Of a stretch of 64,000 nt of DNA, positions 25,139 to 33,526 are shown in pieces. Within the stretch, counting starts at the first letter, position 1, and every line of letters begins with the position of its first letter. The notes beneath the pieces are model-generated. The model did not search any database and was not told the DNA's origin. It saw only the letters and a list, made by a program, of their open reading frames with translations. Source of the stretch: Oscillospiraceae bacterium (lineage in GTDB: Bacteria > Bacillota > Clostridia > Oscillospirales > CAG-272). Location of the stretch: NCBI GenBank assembly GCA_015064735.1, contig SVRP01000002.1:82591-146590 (forward strand). The letters are read 5' to 3'. Both the position numbers and the translations under genes were made by a program.

Positions 25139-25951
25139 TTAATTCCCCCAAAATGCCTTGTTAATTGTTTCTGAAAGTAAAATTGCTCCTGATTTTATTA
25201 TAAGTTCTATTTCTTTCGGAGTTATAAAATATTTTTTCCTTTTTTCAATATCATCTGATTTTTTAGTATCGCCATACATAAAAGATGATAGATTGGCAAC
25301 TGTGGGAATCCCTATTGATATTACCGGAATTCCGAGAGTTTCTTTATCTATTTGCTGCCTGCTTCGCCCAAGACCGCTTCCGGGAGAAAGTCCGTAATTT
25401 GATATCTGGACAGTAGATGCCAGTCTGTATATACTGCGCGCAGCAAGCGAATCAATAACAATTACTAAGTTCGGACGCAAGCTGTTTACCATAGCAAGGA
25501 TATACTTTGTGCTTTCTATTCCCGTATTTATTTCAACATCGGGAACAATAGAATATACCCTTCTTTTACCGGCGCCTTGCAACCCTGTTTTAATGTTTTT
25601 CACCGTCTCGGGACCCAAGGAATCGGTACTGAAGAAAGGATTCCCAAGACCTACGGTCAAAACAGAATAAATATCATTTTTCCCAGCCATCTGCTCTGTT
25701 ACCATTGAACTTATATCGTCAGACATTTTTGATTGCAGCAAAAAGAAATCCACGTCATTTATTTCCCAAATTTGCGGAGTAAAGTAAATTATGCTGCGCT
25801 TATTTTCGACGTTTTCAAAGTTAATTGTTTGTTTTTCAATATTTTCGGAAATTTTCTGTCTGAAAATATGAGTCGGATAAGAACTTTTTTTATTACTTTC
25901 AACAGTATTATCTGCAATCTCACAGGCAAGATCGGTAAAAATATGATTCAT
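25139..25951 (-). CDS. gpr: GPR spore (germination) endopeptidase
   Basis: MNHIFTDLACE..., VGLGNPFFSTDSLGP, VIDSLAARS, ISNYGLSPGSG, GIPVISIGIPTV. Start placed at ATG 25951 (GGAGGAAATA RBS). The 101-codon upstream extension in the track is AT-rich junk. Confidence 0.85.
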   Translation of the reverse strand: MNHIFTDLACEIADNTVESNKKSSYPTHIFRQKISENIEKQTINFENVENKRSIIYFTPQIWEINDVDFFLLQSKMSDDISSMVTEQMAGKNDIYSVLTVGLGNPFFSTDSLGPETVKNIKTGLQGAGKRRVYSIVPDVEINTGIESTKYILAMVNSLRPNLVIVIDSLAARSIYRLASTVQISNYGLSPGSGLGRSRQQIDKETLGIPVISIGIPTVANLSSFMYGDTKKSDDIEKRKKYFITPKEIELIIKSGAILLSETINKAFWGN

Positions 25952-26135
25952 TATTTCCTCCTTATAAATAAGTATGTAAAAATTGCACAAGTTATAGTTG
26001 TTTGTATTGTGCATATATCCAAAAGAAAAAACATTACCTAAATAGCTATTGATTTTATATATAAATAATGTTATAATAATATGAAAATAGCCGACCATCA
26101 GGCTACCTATAAACACCGCAGGAGGTTTCCATAAA

Positions 26136-28196
26136 ATGATGAAGAAAATTATTTCTCTTTTGCTTTGTTTGATTACTTTATTGACCGTATTTACCGGTTG
26201 TTCAAGCAAGCCCGAGGATGTGGGCGGAGAGATACATATGTATGTCGCTGACACAGTTTATAATTTTGACCCGGCACGTGCCTACGGCAACGAGTCAGCA
26301 CTGAAAGTTATAAGCCTTATGTTTGACAATCTGTTTTATCTTAACAAAAACGGCAAGGTAGAAAAGTCCTTGGCTGAAAAATACGAGATTATCGAAGATG
26401 AAAAGCTTGACGAGTATAAAATGATCATCACGCTTAAAAAGTCTGCTTGGTCTAACGGATTTGCTCTTACTGCTGATGACGTTGTATACTCTTGGAAGAG
26501 AATTCTTGATCCCGGCAACTCTTTCGAAGCTGCTGCTCTTCTCTATGATGTTAAAAACGCAAAGGCCGCAAAGAACGGCGAAAAGTCAATTGATGACGTT
26601 CTTATTTATGCCCTCAATGAGTCTCAGGTAGAAATCTGCTTTAACGGTAAGATAGACTATGACAGATTTCTCCTTAATCTTACAAGCTATGCTCTCGCTC
26701 CCGTCAAGGAAAGCATTGTAAACGGAGTTGCTGTTGAACATGACTGGGCTAAGAAAGCAACGCTTATCGCAACAAGCGGACCTTTCATGATAGACGAGGT
26801 TATTTATGCCGGAGATAGCGCAAAGCTTGTTCTTGAAAGAAACCCCAATTATATGCGTAAAGTTGATAAGGATGCCTTTGATAAATATGTTAAGCCCTAT
26901 AAGCTCGTAATTGATTACTCTTTGACAGACGAAGAAATTAAGCAGAGTGTTGAAGACGGAAGCATCCTCTATATCGGTGATATTCCCCTCTCTATCAGAA
27001 AGGATCTTGAAAACAACAAGAGACTTAAGAGAAGCGACGCGCTGAGCACCCATACATATATGCTCAATCAGGATGCTGTTATTCGGTATTATGATGCAAA
27101 AGGATTCGAAAATCTTTCTACTGTTTCCAAAGGCACTAATAAAGATGATGAATTGATCGAAGGCGTTAACGGAGAAAAGATATTTGCTAACAAAACCGTC
27201 CGCCAGGTTCTTTCACTTGTTCTCAACAGAACTGCTATCGCTGATTCCGTTGTTTTTGCAAAGCCCGCTACCGGTCTTGTATCCTACGGTGTATTTGATG
27301 TAAAGAAGAACAAATCCTTCCGCGAAGAAGGAGGGGATATTCTCGCAACCTCCGCAAGCTCGGCTGAACAGCTCAAGCAGACTCTTATCGCTGCCGGAGT
27401 TGAGCCCGAAAAGTATATGTTTGCTATTTCCGTGACTGCTTATGACGATGTTCATATGGAAATTGCAAAGCAGGTTCAGGCTGCATGGTCTTCTCTCGGT
27501 TTCCATGTTGCAATTCAAGCAATAGACGTTATTGATAATACGGATATCGACAAAACAACTCAGGAACCGATCTCTAACATTAAGGATGATCTGTTTGCAG
27601 AAAGATATCTTGAAGGTAAATTTGATGTTGCTGCTATCGATTACGTAGCATACAGCGTAGACCCATTCTCTGTTCTCGCTCCCTTTGCTTACGGATATAC
27701 CGGTCGTGCCGCAATTAATTCAAGTTCTTTCGATTTTAAGGTTCCCAACCACATTACAGGATACAATAGCGATGCATATAACGAAAAGATAGCTGCGGCT
27801 CATGCTGCCGAAGATAACGATACGCGCATTGCACTTCTCCATGAGGCAGAAAAGATTCTTATGGATGATATGGCTGTTATCCCCGTTGTATTCAACGAAA
27901 ATGCTACTATTACCGGCAAGGAGCTCAGAGGTGCTAAGTTTTCCTACTACGGAATGCCTATATTCACCAAGCTTGCATTCAAGAACGTTGGTATGATAGT
28001 TCTTTCGATTGTTCTTATTCTTGTTATTGCTCTTGGATTGGGACTTATCCCCGCCAAGATTGCTAAGAAGATGGGATATAACTTCATTATTTGGTGGGTA
28101 TACGGAACATTATTGTTTGTTATTGCGGCCGTTCATATACTCGTTATAAAAATAATAGCAAAAAATAAAGCTAAAAAAGCTGCTAAAACTGCATAA
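26136..28196 (+). CDS. ABC-type peptide/nickel family (family 5) solute-binding lipoprotein with a C-terminal double-TM extension
   Basis: Signal peptide with lipobox (LLTVFTGC). SBP_bac_5-like body (TADDVVYSWKRILDP, ...LERNPNY...). The last ~70 aa contain two hydrophobic helices and a Lys-rich tail. Confidence 0.8.
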   Translation: MMKKIISLLLCLITLLTVFTGCSSKPEDVGGEIHMYVADTVYNFDPARAYGNESALKVISLMFDNLFYLNKNGKVEKSLAEKYEIIEDEKLDEYKMIITLKKSAWSNGFALTADDVVYSWKRILDPGNSFEAAALLYDVKNAKAAKNGEKSIDDVLIYALNESQVEICFNGKIDYDRFLLNLTSYALAPVKESIVNGVAVEHDWAKKATLIATSGPFMIDEVIYAGDSAKLVLERNPNYMRKVDKDAFDKYVKPYKLVIDYSLTDEEIKQSVEDGSILYIGDIPLSIRKDLENNKRLKRSDALSTHTYMLNQDAVIRYYDAKGFENLSTVSKGTNKDDELIEGVNGEKIFANKTVRQVLSLVLNRTAIADSVVFAKPATGLVSYGVFDVKKNKSFREEGGDILATSASSAEQLKQTLIAAGVEPEKYMFAISVTAYDDVHMEIAKQVQAAWSSLGFHVAIQAIDVIDNTDIDKTTQEPISNIKDDLFAERYLEGKFDVAAIDYVAYSVDPFSVLAPFAYGYTGRAAINSSSFDFKVPNHITGYNSDAYNEKIAAAHAAEDNDTRIALLHEAEKILMDDMAVIPVVFNENATITGKELRGAKFSYYGMPIFTKLAFKNVGMIVLSIVLILVIALGLGLIPAKIAKKMGYNFIIWWVYGTLLFVIAAVHILVIKIIAKNKAKKAAKTA

Positions 28197-28210
28197 TTAT
28201 TAAAGTCAAA

Positions 28211-28244
28211 GGAGCTTACTCAAATGGAATTTTGAGTAAGCTCC
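28211..28244 (+). terminator. Terminator after the SBP gene
   Basis: GGAGCTTACTCAAA pairs with TTTGAGTAAGCTCC, followed by a T-rich tail. Confidence 0.7.
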
Positions 28245-28380
28245 TTCTTTTATTAAAAATGAAATTTGTAATATATTTTATACAAAAAGATCCACTTTCA
28301 CTATCCTTTTCCAGATAGAAAAATGGATCTTTTTTCCTAAGTAGTTTTTTGTATGTGGTGAATCAATCAGTTACTTTAAA

Positions 28381-28980
28381 TCAAACGTCTCTTCTGCCCT
28401 CAATAGCACGTCCGAGTGTAACCTCGTCAGCATATTCAAGATCAGACCCCACAGGTATACCGTATGCAAGCCTGGTTACCTTTACACCTAAAGGTTTGAG
28501 ATATTTAGAAATGTACATAGCTGTAACCTCGCCATCGGGAGTAGGGTTGGTTGCTATAATTACCTCTTCTACATCATCATTTCCTACACGCTCAATAAGC
28601 TCACGGAACCGTATCTTATCGGGAGTAATACCGTTAACGGGAGAAATAACTCCTCCAAGCACGTGATAAACGCCCTTATATTCTCTGACCTTCTCAATGG
28701 ACATTACAGCCTTTACGTCCTCAACGACGCAAACAATCCTTCTGTCGCGTGAATCATCATTACAAACCGTACAAACGTCCTCATCGGTCAAATTTCCGCA
28801 TATAGGACACGCATGTATTTTTTCCTTTGCTTCCATTATGGCAGCCGCAAAATCCGCTGCATCTGAAACATCCATTTCAACAACAGAAAATGCCATTCTC
28901 ATTGCGGATTTCCTGCCTACGCCCTGCAATCTTCCAAACTGCTCGGCAAGCTTTTGGAGAGATTCGATGTAGTCAGCCAT
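28381..28980 (-). CDS. recR: Recombination protein RecR
   Basis: HhH (LQGVGRKSAMRMAF), a C4 zinc finger (CPICGNL...CTVC) and a Toprim domain. Confidence 0.97.
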   Translation of the reverse strand: MADYIESLQKLAEQFGRLQGVGRKSAMRMAFSVVEMDVSDAADFAAAIMEAKEKIHACPICGNLTDEDVCTVCNDDSRDRRIVCVVEDVKAVMSIEKVREYKGVYHVLGGVISPVNGITPDKIRFRELIERVGNDDVEEVIIATNPTPDGEVTAMYISKYLKPLGVKVTRLAYGIPVGSDLEYADEVTLGRAIEGRRDV

Positions 28981-28982
28981 AA

Positions 28983-29339
28983 TCAGAACAATCCGGGAAT
29001 TCCGGAAAGTCCCGCACTTCCGGTAATCTTGGACATCTCCGCGTTATTTGTATCGTCAACTCTCTTTATTGCCTCATTTACAGCGGCAACAAGAATATCG
29101 GAAAGTGTCTCTATATCATCGGGGTCAACTATTTCAGGCTGGATATCAATAGAAAGTATTTCCTTTTTGCCGTTGATCTTTACACCAACAACTCCACCTC
29201 CGGCAGAAATCTCATATTCTCTTGAATCAAGCTCTTCCTGAAGCGCTTCCATTTCCTCCTGCATCTTCTGTGCCTGACGTATCATTGCGTTCATGTTTTG
29301 GGGACCGCCGCCCATTCCCTTAGGTATATTTGCTTTCAT
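28983..29339 (-). CDS. ybaB: YbaB/EbfC family nucleoid-associated protein
   Basis: MNAMIRQAQKMQEEMEALQEEL...ISAGGGVVGVKINGKKEI. Conserved dnaX-ybaB-recR order. Confidence 0.95.
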   Translation of the reverse strand: MKANIPKGMGGGPQNMNAMIRQAQKMQEEMEALQEELDSREYEISAGGGVVGVKINGKKEILSIDIQPEIVDPDDIETLSDILVAAVNEAIKRVDDTNNAEMSKITGSAGLSGIPGLF

Positions 29340-29362
29340 TTTTATTTTATCTCCTTTTAAAT

Positions 29363-30973
29363 TTATAAATCAAGATTTTCAAATTCATCAAGATCGGAAA
29401 TGTTTTCCTTACCCGATATAAGGTCAAAAATAAGCTCTGAATCGTCAATGCTTATCTGCATATCAATATTTATTGCCGCACGGATATTATCACGAATTTG
29501 CGGAATATTCACCATAGACATTGCAAAATCATTGGAAAACTTAACGTAAATTAATCCGTTGGATCCCAAATATGCTTTTGCCCCTTTGAGAAATCCTACT
29601 TTGGAAACGTCCCCTACGGCAGCTCTGTGCGCTATTTCGTTCCATCCGCGCAAGGGCTTTAGAACCGGACCTTCATTAGTGCCGCTCTGAGATGCATCTT
29701 TAATATCAGCTTCTTTAACGGTAATCTTTGGGAATACGTTGTCAGCTTCTTCATTAACCTTTTTATGTTTATCTTCGGAATAATCGGTATCAGTGCTTGG
29801 CATCTGAGATGCTGTTATTCTACCGCTTGCAATAAGATTTTCAAGCTTTGATATGCGCGAAAGGAGTGCATCTGCAGACGTATCCAATGACATATCACAC
29901 ATCTTAACAAGTGCCATTTCGGCAGTTGTACGTTTAGAGATTGTCCCACTGTATAAAAGTATGCGCAATGTATCGTCAAGAATCCTACAGTGATGTATCA
30001 AGGTCTCTTTTGTAAACAGTGAGGTTATATTCTTAAGCCTTTCTGTTTCATTTTCCGTAAGGTCAAGATACCTTTCAGCTCCCGAGGCTGTTTTAAATAC
30101 AAGCATATCGCGGTAGTAGGATACAAGCTCCTGCCAGAATACCGAAATATCTCTTGACGAGCGTACAACCGAATCTATGGAACTGAAAAGCGTATCATAA
30201 TCTGATTTTGCAATCGCCTTTACGGTTCTTTCTATATTCTCTCTTCCGCCCGATCCTATTGTGTTGTCAACAAGCTCCGCAGTTATTTTTGAACGTGTTC
30301 CTGCGCAAAGCTCCAAAAGGCTTATGGCATCTCTCATACCACCCTGAGCAAATTTCGATATAAGCCGTAATGCTTCGGACTCATATTCAATATTTTCCTG
30401 CTCTGAAATATAAGCCAATCTGTCGCTCAAAACAGCAGTAGTAATTCTTCTGAAATCAAATCTCTGACATCTTGAAACAATAGTAGACGGTAGTTTATGA
30501 AGCTCTGTGGTTGCAAGTATAAAAACAACGTGCTCCGGGGGCTCCTCAAGAGTTTTCAGCAAGGCATTGAATGCGCTTCCCGAAAGCATATGAACCTCGT
30601 CAACAATATAAACTCTATATTTCAAGGCAGACGGAGTATAGACGACCTCGTCTCTTATATCTCTTATGTTCTCAACACCGTTGTTTGATGCAGCATCCAT
30701 TTCGAGAACGTCGGTTGCCGTTCCCGCGTTGATTGCCATACATGATGAACATTTATTACAAGGATTACCGTTTTGCGGATTTTCACAGTTTACAGCCTTT
30801 GCAAGAATTTTGGCGCATGATGTTTTTCCCGTTCCTCTTGAACCGCAAAACAAGTACGCATGAGAAAACCTGTTATTTGCTGTTTCATATTTTAAAACGG
30901 AAGTTATATGCTCCTGCCCGCAGACCTCATCAAATGTCTGTGGACGCCATTTTCTGTATAATGCCTGATGCAT
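29363..30973 (-). CDS. dnaX: DNA polymerase III subunit gamma/tau
   Basis: MHQALYRKWRPQTFDEVCGQEHI, Walker A GSRGTGKTS, a Zn module (CENPQNGNPCNKCSSC), DEVHML and SRCQRF. Start at ATG 30973 (GGAGGGG RBS). The track start 31039 would overlap the SRP RNA. Confidence 0.95.
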   Translation of the reverse strand: MHQALYRKWRPQTFDEVCGQEHITSVLKYETANNRFSHAYLFCGSRGTGKTSCAKILAKAVNCENPQNGNPCNKCSSCMAINAGTATDVLEMDAASNNGVENIRDIRDEVVYTPSALKYRVYIVDEVHMLSGSAFNALLKTLEEPPEHVVFILATTELHKLPSTIVSRCQRFDFRRITTAVLSDRLAYISEQENIEYESEALRLISKFAQGGMRDAISLLELCAGTRSKITAELVDNTIGSGGRENIERTVKAIAKSDYDTLFSSIDSVVRSSRDISVFWQELVSYYRDMLVFKTASGAERYLDLTENETERLKNITSLFTKETLIHHCRILDDTLRILLYSGTISKRTTAEMALVKMCDMSLDTSADALLSRISKLENLIASGRITASQMPSTDTDYSEDKHKKVNEEADNVFPKITVKEADIKDASQSGTNEGPVLKPLRGWNEIAHRAAVGDVSKVGFLKGAKAYLGSNGLIYVKFSNDFAMSMVNIPQIRDNIRAAINIDMQISIDDSELIFDLISGKENISDLDEFENLDL

Positions 30974-30993
30974 TTTCCCCTCCTTGTAATAAA

Positions 30994-31300
30994 AAGCAGA
31001 CTGCAAAATAAGACCATACACCTTTGGATCGAACTTCACCTCTACGTGATCTTCGTACCTATCTGCTCCGAGCAGGCTACCTCACGGCACATCAGACAAT
31101 CCGCTTAATGCTGCTTGGTTCCCCACCTGACATGGTTCACAGCGCCTGATTGCGCAAGACCCGCCCTTCAACGCAGCAGGTACGACTCAAGCCGTATCAG
31201 ATCCATCCTCAAGAAAGGAATGAACCCCTGCTGTAGCGGATTTCAGGTACAGGGCTCCGCTAATTCCCCGGCTGGTATGGCCTTATTTTGCAGTCTGCTT
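30994..31300 (-). ncRNA. ffs: Signal recognition particle RNA (large Bacillus-type scRNA/ffs), including a 5'/3' precursor stem
   Basis: On the minus strand, GUCAGGUGGGGAACCAAGCAGC (31131-31110) matches the conserved domain IV motif GUCAGGUCCGGAAGGAAGCAGC. A long helix-5-like self-complementarity is visible (CCUUUCUUGAGGAUGGAUC ... GAUCCAAAGG). A 22-nt terminal stem pairs 31300-31279 with 31015-30994. The position upstream of dnaX matches B. subtilis scr. Mature ends are not determinable by eye. Confidence 0.8.
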
Positions 31301-31333
31301 TAGATGTCTTCCTTACGGCAGACTTACCTATAT

Positions 31334-31362
31334 ATTATAACAGATACTTAGTCTTTTTTCAA
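31334..31362 (-). promoter_or_regulatory. Sigma-A promoter for the SRP RNA
   Basis: Minus strand: TTGAAA (31362-31357), 17-nt spacer, TATAAT (31339-31334). Confidence 0.6.
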
Positions 31363-31390
31363 TAGTATTTTTAAATTTTACAAACATTTT

Positions 31391-32770
31391 TTATTCGAGC
31401 ATATACTTTGTGTCAACCGCGTGTTTTATAGCAAAGAACGCTCTTGCAAACATACATATACAAATAATGGCAAACACAAAATTAATTGCTCCCATATATA
31501 TTACCTTTGGGGTAAATATATCGTACAGAATATCGGTTACAATATATAATCCAGCAAAAACGTACGCAACAATCAGATTCTTTTGCAATTCCTTTTGAAG
31601 AGTTGCTATCATCTTAGCCTCGGTTTCACTGTGGTGATGTGTACCCGAAACATATCCCGTATGCATTTTTATCATCCTTGTAAGCATAATATACATATCT
31701 ATGAGCACTGCAACAAATGCAAGCGCCTTGATTATATTAACGGCAACTAAAATTGTATACAACTGCTGTGCCTTAAGGTTTCTGAATATTGCACCGTAAT
31801 AGTATTCTTTGAAGAAAGCATCCTCACAAAGAGTGGACATAACCGAAAAATAGAAGAATGCTGACGTGGAGATTATCCAGGATTTCTTCTTAGTTTTTGT
31901 GTGATTAGCAATAAATATAAACGATGCGAAAAAAAGTATCGCAGCTATAAAATCGGGTAATACACTTCGGTATTCAACTCTGAAATCGACGGTAAAGCAA
32001 AGCGCCGCTATTGCAATAAGCAAAAAAGAATGATAATTTCTCTTAATAAACATTCCCTTTCGCGGTAAAACCTCTTTTTCGTACTTATCCGATATTCCCC
32101 TCATGAAGATTTCATCACGGTGAAGATAATTGAAATACTTAATGATATTTATTAGCCAGATAATACCTATAATTAACATAGGAATAAATGCCAACAAACG
32201 CATTATTCCGATATATTCGTATATATTTACAACGCCCATTCCAAGGTTCTCGTCATAAGAAGCGTTTGTAAGGTCTGCAAGCTCCGGTAACACAGCAAGA
32301 GTCGCCTTTGAAATAACAAAGAAGGCTGTTCTCTTCCTTGCCTTGTTTATTCTACCGCTCTTTTTCTCATTTGAAAGAATGGTATTGTTGGGAATAAGAT
32401 ATCCAAGCTGTATAATTCCTTCAAAAAGCTTTTTGTATGCAGGCAACAAAAACATCAGCTCTACAACGGAAAATACAAACGTAAATAAAAGTATGGACGA
32501 ATTTTTTTGGTCCACAACAGTCATATTGAAGGTCCAAAAAATTGCAAGCCATTTTCCTGCATCAACAAGAATCATTCGCTTGAATATTTTCAGCGCATCG
32601 TATAAATAGTCGTTAATATCCGCAATTTTGGTCAATGCACAACAAAGAAGTATGTATCCTATAAAGTCGGGCAAAACGTCGATTATAGAAACATTGGGAT
32701 TAAATAAAAATATAAACGAAATTATCAACGGAATCCTATTTATAATAGTTTTTTCTTTCATATTTTTCAT
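31391..32770 (-). CDS. Hypothetical polytopic membrane protein (459 aa) with an internally repeated LPDFI motif
   Basis: Many hydrophobic segments. The motif VLPDFIGYILL appears near residue 30 and VLPDFIAAILF near residue 270. The start overlaps the upstream gene stop (ATGA). Confidence 0.6.
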   Translation of the reverse strand: MKNMKEKTIINRIPLIISFIFLFNPNVSIIDVLPDFIGYILLCCALTKIADINDYLYDALKIFKRMILVDAGKWLAIFWTFNMTVVDQKNSSILLFTFVFSVVELMFLLPAYKKLFEGIIQLGYLIPNNTILSNEKKSGRINKARKRTAFFVISKATLAVLPELADLTNASYDENLGMGVVNIYEYIGIMRLLAFIPMLIIGIIWLINIIKYFNYLHRDEIFMRGISDKYEKEVLPRKGMFIKRNYHSFLLIAIAALCFTVDFRVEYRSVLPDFIAAILFFASFIFIANHTKTKKKSWIISTSAFFYFSVMSTLCEDAFFKEYYYGAIFRNLKAQQLYTILVAVNIIKALAFVAVLIDMYIMLTRMIKMHTGYVSGTHHHSETEAKMIATLQKELQKNLIVAYVFAGLYIVTDILYDIFTPKVIYMGAINFVFAIICICMFARAFFAIKHAVDTKYMLE

Positions 32771-33489
32771 TTTTTCTTTTTCCTTTGAGCTCTACGTTCT
32801 CTTCTCTCTTTTCTGTATTCTTCGTCCGCAAGCCTTGCTTGCTCGCTTCTTCTATCCTGCTTTTCACGGAATTTGTTTACGAACTCAAATTTTGACGGCT
32901 TTCGTTCCATCTCCATATCGGATTCATCACAAATTCTCGCATAGCACGAAAACAGAAGCACGATATTCAAAATACTGCAAATAAAATACATTATCCATGT
33001 TATAAGCGCAAACTCAGCCTTTGCCGAACGAATTCCTTCGGTTGGAACAAAGCTTAAAGCATATACAAAATAGTACATACAGAAGAATATAAAGTTTCTT
33101 ACGGCATTGTTGGCGATTTTATCGACCTCGGTTTCCTTGGCTATTTTTAAAACACCCCAAATAAGCGTTGCATTAAAGACAAAAGATACAACCTGTCCCG
33201 AATATTCTATTACAGCCTCTGCGGTTTTCGAAAAGAATCTTGAGCTTATCAGAAGATTTTCAAACAGAAGTCGGTCAACGCTTATGGCAAATACAAGAAT
33301 CGAAATGCAAAGCATACCAGCAATCCCGGCTAACGTAACGTTAAAGGAATCGTTATATTTTCTGAGCTTAAGTGTTGCAAAAACCATAAGCATGAGTCCG
33401 AAAATACGTATAAGTGTTCCCGCTATTCCGAACATCTGCATATTCATTACAGTAAAAAAGTATCCGATAAAAAGCCATCCAAAGCCCAT
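32767..33489 (-). CDS. Hypothetical membrane protein (240 aa) with a highly charged C-terminal tail
   Basis: About 6 hydrophobic segments, then KFREKQDRRSEQARLADEEYRKERRERRAQRKKKK. AAGGAGAA RBS. Starts 37 nt after the secA stop. Confidence 0.6.
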   Translation of the reverse strand: MGFGWLFIGYFFTVMNMQMFGIAGTLIRIFGLMLMVFATLKLRKYNDSFNVTLAGIAGMLCISILVFAISVDRLLFENLLISSRFFSKTAEAVIEYSGQVVSFVFNATLIWGVLKIAKETEVDKIANNAVRNFIFFCMYYFVYALSFVPTEGIRSAKAEFALITWIMYFICSILNIVLLFSCYARICDESDMEMERKPSKFEFVNKFREKQDRRSEQARLADEEYRKERRERRAQRKKKK

Positions 33490-33526
33490 TTTTTCTCCTT
33501 AGACTGCTAAGCGTCCTTTTTAAAGG

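Noticed and set aside
25952-26254. A 101-codon upstream extension of gpr that overlaps the start of the divergent SBP gene
   Set aside because: It is AT-rich promoter DNA translated into hydrophobic junk. The GPR consensus N-terminus (MNHIFTDLACE) begins at 25951 with a strong RBS.
30974-31039. The N-terminal extension of dnaX (MKFDPKVYGLILQSAFYYKEGK)
   Set aside because: It overlaps the 3' stem of the SRP RNA. The internal ATG at 30973 has a GGAGGGG RBS and gives the canonical MHQALYRKWRPQTF start.
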